Shown here: in pieces, positions 17,410-26,604 of the stretch | How positions within the stretch are numbered: the first letter of the stretch is position 1 | How the letters are laid out: every line of letters starts with the position of its first letter | Origin: Propionibacterium freudenreichii subsp. freudenreichii | GTDB lineage: Bacteria > Actinomycetota > Actinomycetes > Propionibacteriales > Propionibacteriaceae | Assembly (NCBI RefSeq): GCF_000940845.1 | Contig: NZ_CP010341.1 | Coordinates: 1,560,001 to 1,592,000 of the forward strand | DNA length: 32,000 nucleotides | Direction: 5' to 3' | Program-made: the position numbers and the translations under genes | Notes under the pieces: generated by a model | The model's input: only the letters and a program-made list of their open reading frames with translations | The model's database searches: none | What the model was told of the DNA's origin: nothing

Positions 17410-20330
17410 TACTTGTCCCTCGCCTTCTCAACCATTTCGTAGGTCTCGATCTGGTCGCCGACATGGATATCGGAGTAGCGCTCCAGCGTGAGGCCGCACT
17501 CAAAGCCCTCGCGGACCTCGGTGACGTCATCCTTCTCGCGTCGCAGTGAGGAGATCGAGGTCTCCGTGACGACGACGCCATTGCGGATGAGGCGTGCCTT
17601 GGCATGACGGCGGATGAGGCCATCGAGCACCATGCAACCGGCGATGTTGCCGATCTTGGAACTGCGGAAGATCTCGCGGATCTCTGCGGTTCCGAGGGTC
17701 TTCTCCTCGTAGATCGGCTTGAGCATGCCCTTCAGGGCCGACTCGATCTCGTCGATCGCGTCGTAGATCACCGTGTAGTAGCGAACGTCGACGTTGTCCT
17801 GATCGGCCATGCGCGCGGCCTGGACGGTCGGGCGGACGTTGAAGCCGATGATGACGGCGTGCGGCTCACTGGCGGCTGCCAACGAGACATTCGTCTCGGT
17901 GATGGCACCCACGCCACGGTCGATGACACGCAGGTCGACCTCGTCGCCCACGTCGATCTTCGACAGCGCATCTTCCAGGGCCTCGACCGAACCGGCCGAA
18001 TCGCCCTTGAGGATGAGCAGCAGCTCGTTGGTCTCGCCCTTCTCCATCTGCTCGAAGAGCTCGTCGAGCGTGCGACGCTTGCTGGAGGCCGCCTGCTGGG
18101 CAGCCCTCATGCGCGCTTCGCGCTTCTCGGCGATCTGGCGGGCCATGCGATCGTCCTCGACAACCAGGAAGTTGTCGCCGGCGCCGGGCACGCTGGTCAG
18201 GCCGAGCACCTGAACCGGCATCGAGGGCGGGGCCTCATCGACGGCCTGTCCACGGTCGTTGATCAACGCACGCACGCGGCCATAGGCCGAACCTGCCACC
18301 AGCGAGTCACCCTTGCGCAGGGTGCCGCGCTGGACCAGGGCCGTTGCCACCGGACCACGGCCCTTGTCGAGGTGGGCCTCGATGGCCACACCCTGGGCCG
18401 GCATGTCGGGATTGGCACGCAGGTCGAGCGACGCATCCGCGGTGAGGATGACGGCCTCGAGCAGCTGGTCAAGGCCCTGACCGGTTACCGACGAGACGTC
18501 GACGAACATGGTGTCGCCGCCGTACTCCTCGGGCACCAGGTCGAACTCGGTGAGCTGGCCACGCACCTTCGTGGGATCAGCGCCCTCCTTGTCGATCTTG
18601 GTGACGGCCACCACGATCGGCACATCAGCCGCCTTCGCGTGGTTCATGGCCTCGATCGTCTGGGGCATCACACCGTCATCGGCGGCCACCACGAGCACCG
18701 CGATATCGGTGGACTTGGCGCCACGGGCACGCATGGCCGTGAAGGCCTCGTGTCCGGGGGTGTCAATGAGGGTGATGGCCCGTTCCTCGCCATCAACGTT
18801 TGCCTCAACCTGATAGGCACCGATCGACTGGGTGATGCCGCCGGCCTCGCCCTCCACCACATGGGTGTGGCGCAGCGCATCCAGCAGGCGGGTCTTGCCA
18901 TGGTCGACGTGGCCCATCACGGTGACGACCGGCGGACGCGCGGCGAGGTCATCCTCGTCGCCCTCGTTCTCGCCGAAGTCAAGGTCGAAGCTCTCAAGCA
19001 GCTCACGGTCCTCGTCCTCGGGCGAGACGACGTCGATCTTGTAGTTCAGTTCATCGCCGAGGACCTGCAGGGTCTCGTCGGGCACCGACTGCGTGGCCGT
19101 GATCATCTCACCGAGATTGAACAAGACCTGCACCAGCTGCGCCGGATCGACGCCGATCTTCTCGGCCAGGTCGGTCAGCGACGAGCCACGACGAAGCCGA
19201 ACGGCCTCGCCACTGCCCTTGCGGATGCGCACGCCGCCAATGCTCGGCGCCTGCATCTCGTCGAACTCTTGCCTGCGCTGCTTCTTCGACTTGCGACCAC
19301 GGCGGCCACCGCCACCGCGACCGAAGGCACCCTGGGTGCCTGAGCCGCCACGACCACCACGACCGCCACGACCGCCACCCATGGGGGGACGGCTGAAGCC
19401 ACCGAAGCCACCGGAACGACCCGGACCGCCCTGGCCACGTCCGCCACGACCACGGCCGCCACCAGCGGCACGTTGTCCGGCAGGGGCCAGCGCGTTGTTG
19501 TGGCGCTTGGGCATCATGGCCGGGTTCGGACGCGGCATCCCTGCGGCGCCACCAGTGCCACGGGCACTGCTGGGACGGGGCATGCCAGCGGCACCGCCGG
19601 CTGAACGCTCGGAGGATCCCCGACGCTGCTGACCCATTCCCTGGGCGGAGCTGAAGGGGTTGTTACCGGGGCGCGGGGCACCCGAACGGCGATTGTTGCC
19701 ACCCGGCAGCCCGCCGGTGGCACCCGGACGGGGTGCGGGACGCGGACCCGGACGGGCCGCGCGCGGAGCCGGCTTGGCGCCGCTGTGTCCCTGACCGGTG
19801 CCGTGGCCCTGTGTCGGAGTGCTCGACGCGGAACCCGGACGGCGCGGCGGATGGGGGGTATGTGCCGGCGAACCCGGACGCGCTGAAGCACCCGGCCTGG
19901 GGGTCGGGCTCGACACCGGGCCGCTGTGCGGGACCGGTGCCTTCGGGGTGGCATGCACCTGTGGGCCGGGGGTCGGCTTGACCTTGGCCGCAGGACGCGG
20001 GGCCGGCTTGACCGATGAGGCCTTCGCCGCCTTCGGGGCCTGCGGGGTCACGGGAGTCGTCCCGGCACCGGGCTTGGCCGCCGGACGGGCGGACTTGGGT
20101 GCGCCGCTCGTCTTCGGCGTGGCGCCCTTGGCGCCTGCCTTCGGGGCGGATGAAGTGTCTGCCCCGCCACGCTCTGAGGTGATCTTCTCAGTCACCCTGC
20201 GTACGACGGGGGCTTCGATGGTTGACGATGCTGAGCGGACGAATTCGCCCATATCATTCAGCTTCGCCAGAAGTTGTTTGCTTTCGAGTCCGAGCTCCTT
20301 GGCGAGCTCGTAGACGCGGACCTTGGCCAC
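17409..20330 (-). CDS. infB: translation initiation factor IF-2
   Basis: The 973-aa ORF has the G-domain motifs [24 protein letters not shown] and VTKIDK. Its long Pro/Ala/Gly/Arg-rich N-terminal region with RGG repeats is typical of actinobacterial IF-2. The start is GTG, with a GGAGGAG Shine-Dalgarno. Confidence 0.96.
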   Translation of the reverse strand: MAKVRVYELAKELGLESKQLLAKLNDMGEFVRSASSTIEAPVVRRVTEKITSERGGADTSSAPKAGAKGATPKTSGAPKSARPAAKPGAGTTPVTPQAPKAAKASSVKPAPRPAAKVKPTPGPQVHATPKAPVPHSGPVSSPTPRPGASARPGSPAHTPHPPRRPGSASSTPTQGHGTGQGHSGAKPAPRAARPGPRPAPRPGATGGLPGGNNRRSGAPRPGNNPFSSAQGMGQQRRGSSERSAGGAAGMPRPSSARGTGGAAGMPRPNPAMMPKRHNNALAPAGQRAAGGGRGRGGRGQGGPGRSGGFGGFSRPPMGGGRGGRGGRGGSGTQGAFGRGGGGRRGRKSKKQRRQEFDEMQAPSIGGVRIRKGSGEAVRLRRGSSLTDLAEKIGVDPAQLVQVLFNLGEMITATQSVPDETLQVLGDELNYKIDVVSPEDEDRELLESFDLDFGENEGDEDDLAARPPVVTVMGHVDHGKTRLLDALRHTHVVEGEAGGITQSIGAYQVEANVDGEERAITLIDTPGHEAFTAMRARGAKSTDIAVLVVAADDGVMPQTIEAMNHAKAADVPIVVAVTKIDKEGADPTKVRGQLTEFDLVPEEYGGDTMFVDVSSVTGQGLDQLLEAVILTADASLDLRANPDMPAQGVAIEAHLDKGRGPVATALVQRGTLRKGDSLVAGSAYGRVRALINDRGQAVDEAPPSMPVQVLGLTSVPGAGDNFLVVEDDRMARQIAEKREARMRAAQQAASSKRRTLDELFEQMEKGETNELLLILKGDSAGSVEALEDALSKIDVGDEVDLRVIDRGVGAITETNVSLAAASEPHAVIIGFNVRPTVQAARMADQDNVDVRYYTVIYDAIDEIESALKGMLKPIYEEKTLGTAEIREIFRSSKIGNIAGCMVLDGLIRRHAKARLIRNGVVVTETSISSLRREKDDVTEVREGFECGLTLERYSDIHVGDQIETYEMVEKARDK

Positions 20331-20525
20331 TACTCTCCTCCAGGTCCAGGCGTCTTGGGCCAGGACCAGTTATTGGTTGGTTGTGCTCATTGCTGTGTAC
20401 TCATCGAGTGGTCATGAGCGTTAGCCCACTTTCTGAAAATGACTGGCATGAGCCGCGAAAAGCGGCACACCTGACTACGCACCAAGATGGCGCGCGCATT
20501 CAAGGATACGCGCGCACCCCAACAA

Positions 20526-20768
20526 TCACCAACCGGGCGGCGGGGCCTGGGGCGGATGCACCCGCTGCCGGAAGCTTCTGGCGAATCCACCACGGGTGGC
20601 CCCGACCCAGCACTGCTCGTTGCGGTGCAACCAGGCACCGCGGCCGGGCAGCACCGCCCGGGGGTCTGCGACCACCTGCTGGTCACGCACCACGAATCGG
20701 GTCAGTTCGGGGGCAGGCACCACGCGTCGGCACCCTGCACAGGTGCGCATGCACCGGTCGGATCTCAC
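20526..20768 (-). CDS. ylxR: YlxR/RnpM-family (DUF448) RNA-binding protein
   Basis: The 80-aa ORF has the signature RTCAGCR...ELTRFVV...GRGAWLH...C. It occupies the conserved position between nusA and infB. I place the start at GTG 20768 because of the TAGCCT-N6 element. An alternative ATG lies at 20750 (MRTCAGCR). Confidence 0.75.
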   Translation of the reverse strand: MRSDRCMRTCAGCRRVVPAPELTRFVVRDQQVVADPRAVLPGRGAWLHRNEQCWVGATRGGFARSFRQRVHPPQAPPPGW

Positions 20769-20774
20769 AACGCA

Positions 20775-20780
20775 AGGCTA
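20775..20780 (-). promoter_or_regulatory. candidate -10 hexamer TAGCCT, 6 nt upstream of the ylxR GTG (internal promoter, predicted leaderless)
   Basis: The reverse strand reads GCATGAC-TAGCCT-TGCGTT-GTG AGA TCC. It lies in the 101-nt nusA-ylxR spacer. Confidence 0.35.
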
Positions 20781-20869
20781 GTCATGCACTCGGGGCCCGT
20801 CATGCGGTCATGGGCCAACGTGCAGTCGTGGGCCAATATGGGGTCGTCCGGGGGCGCCACCCGCAGGGC

Positions 20870-21928
20870 TCAGGACTGTGCGGGGCCCTCGGCCCCGGTC
20901 TCGGCCTGCTGCGCACCGTCGGGAACCTCCAGTGGACGCCCCGGATTGGCGGGCGGCACATCAGGGGCGGTATCGGGACGGATGTCGATGCGCCAGCCCG
21001 TGAGCCGGGCCGCCAGCCGTGCATTCTGTCCCTCACGTCCGATCGCCAGGCTGAGCTGGTAGTCCGGCACGATGACCCGGGCAGCCCGCGCACCGGCGTC
21101 GACCACCGTCACCTTGAGCGCCTTGGCAGGGCTCAGGGCATTGGCCACGAATTCGGCGGGATCGGCCGACCAATCGATGATGTCGATCTTCTCGTCGTTC
21201 AGCTCGCGCATCACCGCACCGACCCGCTGGCCCATCGGGCCGATGCAGGCGCCCTTGGCCGAGACATCCGGATTGTGTGACACGACCGCGATCTTGGTGC
21301 GGTGGCCCGATTCGCGGGCGATCGCCTTGACCTCGACGACGCCCTGCTCGATCTCGGGAACCTCGAGCTCGAAGAGCTTCTTCACCAGGTTCGGGTGCGT
21401 CCGACTCACGACCACCTGGGGACCGCGGGCCTCCTTGCGCACCGTCACCACGTAGACGCGCAGTCGCGTGCCGTGCTTGTAGTCCTCACCGGGCACCTGC
21501 TCGGCCAGCGGCATGATGGCCTCGATGTCGCCCAGGTCGACCCGGATCGTCTTCGAACCCCGGTCCTGCTGCACGACGCCCATCACCACGTCGCCCTCGA
21601 CGGCGCTGAACTTGCCGTACTTCTGCTCGTCCTCGGCCTCACGCAGGCGCTGGAAGATCACCTGGCGGGCAGTGGAGGCGGCGACGCGTCCGAAGTCAGT
21701 GGGCGTGTCGTCGTACTCGCCGACGGACTCGCCCTCGTCGTTCACCTCGGGGACCATCACCGACACCTCGCCGGTGCGACGATTCAGCACGACATGGGCA
21801 CCGGGCTTGGGATGTTCGGTCTTCTCATAGGCGTTGAGGAGGGCATCCTCCAGCGTCCCCACGAGGTAATCCAGCGGGATTTCCTTCTCATGTTCCAGCG
21901 CTCGCAGCGCGGTCATGTCGATATCCAT
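20870..21928 (-). CDS. nusA: transcription termination/antitermination factor NusA
   Basis: The 352-aa ORF has an N-terminal RNAP-binding domain, an S1 domain and two KH domains ([52 protein letters not shown]). It starts 1 nt after the rimP stop. Confidence 0.95.
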   Translation of the reverse strand: MDIDMTALRALEHEKEIPLDYLVGTLEDALLNAYEKTEHPKPGAHVVLNRRTGEVSVMVPEVNDEGESVGEYDDTPTDFGRVAASTARQVIFQRLREAEDEQKYGKFSAVEGDVVMGVVQQDRGSKTIRVDLGDIEAIMPLAEQVPGEDYKHGTRLRVYVVTVRKEARGPQVVVSRTHPNLVKKLFELEVPEIEQGVVEVKAIARESGHRTKIAVVSHNPDVSAKGACIGPMGQRVGAVMRELNDEKIDIIDWSADPAEFVANALSPAKALKVTVVDAGARAARVIVPDYQLSLAIGREGQNARLAARLTGWRIDIRPDTAPDVPPANPGRPLEVPDGAQQAETGAEGPAQS

Positions 21929-21929
21929 G

Positions 21930-22403
21930 TCAGTCCTCCCGACTCTTGCGGTTCATCTCGATCTGCACCACTGCCCTGCGCACCTGCCCGAAGTCGACGT
22001 GACGGGGCTGCCCGTCGATCTCCAGTTCAGCGCCGTCTTCGTCGGCGCTGGTGATGCGCCCGGTGTACTTCTCCCCCTCCAGCGGCGTGACCTCCACCAG
22101 CCGAGTGGCATTGCGCCGCCAATGGGCCGGGCGCGTCAGGGGTGCCGAGACGCCACGCGAGCTCACTTCCAGGGTGTAGGGCGAGTTGCTGGGGGCCTCG
22201 GCCTCATCGAGGGCGTGTGAGATGGCGCGCGTGGCATCCGCGATCTGGTCGAGGTCGGGGCCGTGCCCCTCGCTGCCGTCGCCATCGAGGCTGATGCGCA
22301 ACACCGAGTGCTTCCCGGCCCGCACGATCTTCAGCTCATCGATCTCCAGGCCGTGCTCTGCGACGATGGGATCCAGTAGGTCGATCAGCGTCGATTCGGT
22401 CAT
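21930..22403 (-). CDS. rimP: ribosome maturation factor RimP
   Basis: The protein is 157 aa from the ATG at 22403, with a GAGGAG Shine-Dalgarno 7 nt upstream. It has the RimP pattern (LLDPIVAEHGLEIDELKIV...VLRISLD ... YTLEVSSRGV) and is the first gene of the rimP-nusA cluster. The ORF-track extension to 22553 runs into the repeat array and is rejected. Confidence 0.9.
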   Translation of the reverse strand: MTESTLIDLLDPIVAEHGLEIDELKIVRAGKHSVLRISLDGDGSEGHGPDLDQIADATRAISHALDEAEAPSNSPYTLEVSSRGVSAPLTRPAHWRRNATRLVEVTPLEGEKYTGRITSADEDGAELEIDGQPRHVDFGQVRRAVVQIEMNRKSRED

Positions 22404-22506
22404 GACCGGCTCCTCATACGTTTGTCGCTTCTGTTGTGCAGCAACCAGCATAGACGCCCGCCGGCGTCGCGTCGCGGCCGAAGGACCGGCCCGGGGCCCA
22501 CCGGCC

Positions 22507-22656
22507 ACATCCCCGCGCAGGCCATCGGGAGGCGCTCCCGCGCACGTCACCACAACGCGCTCCCGCGCACGTCACCACAACGCGCTCCCGCGCACGTCAC
22601 CACAACGCGCTCCCGCGCAGGTCATCAGAAGGCGCTCCCGCGCAGGGGCCGCCCAG
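22507..22656. repeat. 25-bp tandem repeat array, about 6 units (3 identical, 3 diverged)
   Basis: The unit GCGCTCCCGCGCACGTCACCACAAC is identical at 22532-22556, 22557-22581 and 22582-22606. Diverged units lie at 22507-22531 and 22607-22631; these two share CCCGCGCAGG(C/T)CATC. A partial unit lies at 22632-22656. The period is not a multiple of 3 and the array is intergenic. Confidence 0.9.
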
Positions 22657-22660
22657 CCGC

Positions 22661-22666
22661 TAGTGT
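22661..22666 (+). promoter_or_regulatory. candidate -10 hexamer TAGTGT, 6 nt upstream of the lipoprotein GTG at 22673 (predicted leaderless)
   Basis: The plus strand reads CCGC-TAGTGT-CGACGG-GTG CCG ACT. It begins 4 nt after the end of the 25-bp repeat array. Confidence 0.4.
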
Positions 22667-22672
22667 CGACGG

Positions 22673-23659
22673 GTGCCGACTCGTCGTTCCTTCCTGTTCG
22701 CGGCCCTGACCGTCGCATTGGTCGGTTGTGCTCCCTCGCCCGTCGTCAACGCGCCCCGGGCCCGGGGCTCCCTGAAACCGGCGACCGACGCCCTGCGCAC
22801 TGCCGCCCTGGACGAGCAGGCCCTGGCAACGCTCACCGGGACCATCGCCCAGCAGGGGGAATCCTGGCGGCTCAGCACCGCCACGACTGCCTGGTGTTCC
22901 GGGGCAACGACTGCCCACCGGGAGCACCTGACCGCCCTGGTGCGGGCTGATCCCCTGGGCGGGGTGAACGCCGACGACTCCCCCGTCATCGACCTGCCCG
23001 CCACCACGGCCGTCCCCCCGCAGGATGCGGCCGGGGCGCTGGCCCAACTCGCGGCCGGCTATGCCACCGCGGCCGACCACTGCCGCTCGACCCTCATGGC
23101 TGCACCCACGGGCCCCGGTTCCCTGCTGTGGGCGTCGCTGTACTGCTTCTCCACGGCGGGGGCGGCAACCCTGGCCGCCCATCCGGACGGCACCTCCCCG
23201 GGTACGCCGCCCGTCGCCGGTCAGGCCGTGCCCACCGGGATCTCCGTGGGCAGCCGCGACGACCGGCTGGCCGCACTGTTGAGCCGCATCGATGCGCTCC
23301 GCTACGGCCTGGAAACCATGATCGGACGCTCGGGTGGGGCGCGCACCGACATGAAGCAACGACGCACGGCGGTCGACAATGTGCGCAATCAGGTGGCCGC
23401 GCAGATCACCGCGGGATCCGCAACGCCAGCGGGCCCGGCGATCGACTACGAGCTTCCCGGTGATGTCACCAATCCCACGAGCTGGGACGCCATCTGGGGC
23501 GAGCTGGAGGCCGCCGTGCTGTCAGCATGGGTCAGCCTGGCCGCAGCCAGCGACGCGGACAGCGATGGGCGCCGCTCCGCGATGGCCGGAATCGATGCCC
23601 AGTGCTTGGTGCCGGGGCAGCACGGCGTGGGCCTGGCCTGGTGGCCGGGTTGGGTCTGA
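22673..23659 (+). CDS. Tat-signal lipoprotein of unknown function (Ala-rich; possibly DUF4439/ferritin-like family)
   Basis: The 328-aa ORF has an N-terminal twin-arginine motif (TRRSFLF), followed by a hydrophobic stretch and a lipobox (LVGC). The mature part is Ala-rich and predicted helical. It is divergent from rimP and convergent with proS. The family assignment is tentative. Confidence 0.7.
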   Translation: MPTRRSFLFAALTVALVGCAPSPVVNAPRARGSLKPATDALRTAALDEQALATLTGTIAQQGESWRLSTATTAWCSGATTAHREHLTALVRADPLGGVNADDSPVIDLPATTAVPPQDAAGALAQLAAGYATAADHCRSTLMAAPTGPGSLLWASLYCFSTAGAATLAAHPDGTSPGTPPVAGQAVPTGISVGSRDDRLAALLSRIDALRYGLETMIGRSGGARTDMKQRRTAVDNVRNQVAAQITAGSATPAGPAIDYELPGDVTNPTSWDAIWGELEAAVLSAWVSLAAASDADSDGRRSAMAGIDAQCLVPGQHGVGLAWWPGWV

Positions 23660-23671
23660 GGCCGCCACCAT

Positions 23672-23713
23672 CACCCGGCCCCCGGGACCCGGGTGCGATG
23701 CGGCACCCGGGGG
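23672..23713. terminator. overlapping GC-rich hairpins in the convergent lipoprotein/proS spacer (bidirectional terminator candidate)
   Basis: There are three alternative pairings. These are CACCCGG(23672-78)/CCGGGTG(23689-95), GGGTGC(23691-96)/GCACCC(23703-08), and CCCCCGGG(23679-86)/CCCGGGGG(23706-13). Confidence 0.4.
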
Positions 23714-23717
23714 ACGC

Positions 23718-25496
23718 TCAGTTCAGCTGGTCCAGCACGGTCAGCACCTCGTCGACGGCCTCTTCCACGCTGACCTCGCGCTTTGAACCGGTCTTGCGGT
23801 CACGCAATTCCACCACCCCGTCGGCAAGCCCACGGCCCACGACCAACGAGGTCGGCATGCCGAGCAGCTCGGCGTCGGTGAACTTCACGCCGGGACTGGC
23901 CTTGCGGTCGTCCAGCAGCACCCGCACGCCGGCGGCATCGAGCTGCTCGGCGATCCGGGTGGCTGCCTCGAGGATCTCGCCGCCCTTGCCGGTGGCCACG
24001 ATCTGCACCTGGAAGGGTGCCACCTCGGCGGGCCAGCACAGGCCCTTGTCATCGCAGGTGGATTCGGCGATCATGCCGACCGCGCGTGACACGCCGATGC
24101 CGTAGCTCCCCATGGTGACGGTGACGAGCTTGCCGTTCTTGTCCAGCACCTTGAGGTCGAGGGACTCGGCGTACTTGCGGCCGAGCTGGAAGATGTGGCC
24201 CATCTCGACGCCACGGGCCAGGGTCAGCGGTCCGGAGTTGTCGGGGGCCGGGTCGCCCTCGCGCACGTCGGCCACATCGGCAACGCCGTCGGAGGTGAAG
24301 TCGCGTCCGGCGACCAGGCCGATCACGTGCTTGCGATCCACGTTCGCGCCGGTGGCCCAGGTGGTGCCGGCGACGACGCGGGGATCGAGCAGATAGCGCA
24401 CGCCGGAGCTCGCCTTCTCGCCCAGCAGCGCCGCTCCGTCCAGCACGGGCCCGATGTAGCCCTTGACAAGGCCGGGATAGCGCTTGAAGTCCTCGTCCTC
24501 GAAGGGCTCGATCACCGAGGGCTCCACGGCCACCGCGAGTCGATCGGGGTCAACGTCGCGGTCGCCGGGCAACCCGATCACCAGCGGGGCGCGGGTGCCG
24601 TCAGGGGCCACGGTCATGAAGACGACGTTCTTCAGGGTGTCGCCGGCCTGCCAGGCGCGGTCCTCGCGTGGATAGCGCTCGTTGAGCAGGGCGACGAGGG
24701 TGTCGATGGTCGGCACATCGGGGGTGTCGACGACCCGCGCCGGCGGCGCATCGGTGAAGTCGATCGGATCGGGGACCGGGACGGTGACAGCCTCGACGTT
24801 GGCCGCGTAGCCGCCGGCGGACCGCACGAAGGTGTCCTCGCCGTTCTCGGACAGCGCCAGGAACTCCTCGGAGGCCGAGCCGCCCATGGCGCCGGCATTG
24901 GCCTTGACGATGACGTACTCGAAGCCGAGCCGGTCGAAGATGCGGATATAGGCGTCGCGATGCTTCAGGTAGCTGGCGTCCAGGCCCTCATCGTCGACGT
25001 CGAAGGAATAGGAGTCCTTCATGACGAACTCGCGGCCACGCAGGATGCCGGCGCGCGGACGCGCCTCATCGCGGTACTTGGTCTGGATCTGGTACAGGAT
25101 CACCGGCAGGTCCTTGTACGACGAGTACAGGTCCTTCACCAGCAGGGTGAACATCTCTTCATGGGTGGGTCCGAGCAACATGTCGGCACCCTTGCGATCA
25201 ACCAGGCGGAACAGGTTGGGGCCATACTCCGCCCACCGATTCGAGATCTCATAGGGCTCACGGGGAAGCAGCGCCGGAAGGAGCACTTCCTGGCCGCCCA
25301 TGGCGTCCATCTCCTCACGCACGATGTTCTCCACGCGTTGCAGCACCTTCAGGCCCAGCGGCAGCCAGGAATAGATGCCCGGCGCGACACGGCGGATGTA
25401 GCCGGCACGCACCAGGAAGCGGTGGCTGGGGATCTCCGCCGCCGCGGGGTCGTCACGAAGCGTGCGGACGAAGAGCTTGCTCATGCGGGTAATCAC
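23718..25496 (-). CDS. proS: proline--tRNA ligase (bacterial type with INS editing domain)
   Basis: This is a class II aaRS. The N-terminus (V)[35 protein letters not shown] matches the conserved actinobacterial ProS start, so I use GTG 25496. Alternative starts are ATG 25484 and ATG 25538. The ORF-track start at 25607 is unsupported. Confidence 0.92.
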   Translation of the reverse strand: MITRMSKLFVRTLRDDPAAAEIPSHRFLVRAGYIRRVAPGIYSWLPLGLKVLQRVENIVREEMDAMGGQEVLLPALLPREPYEISNRWAEYGPNLFRLVDRKGADMLLGPTHEEMFTLLVKDLYSSYKDLPVILYQIQTKYRDEARPRAGILRGREFVMKDSYSFDVDDEGLDASYLKHRDAYIRIFDRLGFEYVIVKANAGAMGGSASEEFLALSENGEDTFVRSAGGYAANVEAVTVPVPDPIDFTDAPPARVVDTPDVPTIDTLVALLNERYPREDRAWQAGDTLKNVVFMTVAPDGTRAPLVIGLPGDRDVDPDRLAVAVEPSVIEPFEDEDFKRYPGLVKGYIGPVLDGAALLGEKASSGVRYLLDPRVVAGTTWATGANVDRKHVIGLVAGRDFTSDGVADVADVREGDPAPDNSGPLTLARGVEMGHIFQLGRKYAESLDLKVLDKNGKLVTVTMGSYGIGVSRAVGMIAESTCDDKGLCWPAEVAPFQVQIVATGKGGEILEAATRIAEQLDAAGVRVLLDDRKASPGVKFTDAELLGMPTSLVVGRGLADGVVELRDRKTGSKREVSVEEAVDEVLTVLDQLN

Positions 25497-25622
25497 GAAG
25501 GAGATGCCTTTCCGAAAGCTGCTGGCGCGCCCAATCATGGTGCGTGCCCGCACAATCCTAGTGTGAGCGGCGCGGGGCAGTTGCCGACGCCCGACCCGGC
25601 CGGACACCGCGGACGACCCGGG

Positions 25623-26465
25623 TCAGTACAGGACGGTGGCCAGTTCCGAGACGGTGCGGAAGCCGACCCGCTCGTAGAGGCGACGGGCCCTGGTGTTGAA
25701 GTCGTTGACGTACAGCGACACGACGGGATAGGCGCGCAGGCACAGGCGCACGACCTGCGCCATGGCGGGTTTGGCCAGGCCACGTCCGCGGAGCAGGGGG
25801 TCGAGCCACACGCCCTGGATCTGGCAGGCCCATTCGTGGGCACACCCGATGTCGGCCTTGAACCAGACCTTGCGCTGGGCCTCGTCATAGGCACCGAAGG
25901 CGCGTCCCATCATGATGAGGCTGTGCACATAGTTCTCGTAGCCGCGGGTGCCGTCCAGGGGCGACACCCCGACCTCCTCGGTGTACATCGACACGGCGGC
26001 GCTCAGATAGGGCTGCAGCAGGCTCGGCGCGATCGGGTGGACGCGTTCGTCGGGAACGATCAGGGACATGCCGTCGACCGACATCAGGGGCTGGTGGGCC
26101 CGGATCTCGCGGGGATGGGCCCAGGCATCACCCCATCGCTGCGCAAGCCGTTCATACAGGCCCCGGGTCTGGTCAGCGGCCCCCATGATGGACGCCGAGA
26201 TGCGCCGTGGCCCGAGCTGCTCGGCGAAGGCGTCCAATGCCTCGGCGTCGGCCCCCACGGACACCAGGTTCGCGCCGGCATGGCACAGTGCGGTGAGTTC
26301 GCCATCGCTCTCCCATCCCCACACGCGGGTCCCGGGGCGATTGCGCTCCAGCCCACCCATGTCGAGGCGGGCATTGACGAACAGGTTCTCCAGCGGGTTG
26401 CGGTCCAGCAGCGCACGGGCGCGGGGAAGGTCCTGGGGTCCCAGGACGCGCACGACACCACTCAT
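25623..26465 (-). CDS. GNAT-family N-acetyltransferase with N-terminal DUF4081-like domain
   Basis: The 280-aa ORF has a C-terminal GNAT motif A (VWLDPLLRGRGLAKPAMAQVV ... NTRARRLYERVGF). A GGAGGTAG Shine-Dalgarno lies 9 nt upstream of the ATG. It sits immediately downstream of ispG. Confidence 0.8.
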   Translation of the reverse strand: MSGVVRVLGPQDLPRARALLDRNPLENLFVNARLDMGGLERNRPGTRVWGWESDGELTALCHAGANLVSVGADAEALDAFAEQLGPRRISASIMGAADQTRGLYERLAQRWGDAWAHPREIRAHQPLMSVDGMSLIVPDERVHPIAPSLLQPYLSAAVSMYTEEVGVSPLDGTRGYENYVHSLIMMGRAFGAYDEAQRKVWFKADIGCAHEWACQIQGVWLDPLLRGRGLAKPAMAQVVRLCLRAYPVVSLYVNDFNTRARRLYERVGFRTVSELATVLY

Positions 26466-26516
26466 CAGCTCGCTACCTCCGCCGTCCCTGCGTCGTCACT
26501 GATCTCACCATTACCA

Positions 26517-26572
26517 TGTGGGGCACATTGCTGCCTTGTGGGGAACATTGCTGCCTTGTGGGGAGCACTGCC
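26517..26572. repeat. 20-bp tandem repeat, 2.8 units (TGTGGGGNACATTGCTGCCT)
   Basis: The units are TGTGGGGCACATTGCTGCCT (26517-36), TGTGGGGAACATTGCTGCCT (26537-56) and TGTGGGGAGCACTGCC (26557-72). They lie in the 139-nt spacer between the ispG stop and the GNAT start. Confidence 0.85.
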
Positions 26573-26604
26573 AGGGGCCCATCGGACCGGAGGGGACGTG
26601 CCCC

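Noticed and set aside
19283-20213. Highly repetitive, low-complexity DNA inside infB (Pro/Ala/Gly/Arg codon runs, RGG repeats, duplicated GGAAGMPRP).
   Set aside because: It is in frame with, and part of, the IF-2 N-terminal region. That region is known to be long, variable and low-complexity in actinobacteria, so this is not an independent element.
20387-20686. A 99-aa minus-strand ORF spanning the ylxR-infB spacer.
   Set aside because: It overlaps the well-supported ylxR ORF in another frame. It has no motif, no Shine-Dalgarno and an odd composition, so it is likely spurious.
22507-22656. Possible CRISPR array (regularly spaced identical 25-mers).
   Set aside because: The repeat units are directly contiguous with no spacers. 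There are no cas genes in the window and the units are short. This is a minisatellite-type tandem repeat, not a CRISPR array.
22422-22709. A 95-aa ORF with an internally repeated peptide (…RARHHNALPRTSPQRAPAHVTTTRSRA…) that looks like a repeat protein.
   Set aside because: It is an artefact of translating the 25-bp tandem repeat. The period is not a multiple of 3, so the repeat is read in rotating frames. The ORF has no Shine-Dalgarno or promoter context and overlaps the predicted promoter of the lipoprotein gene.
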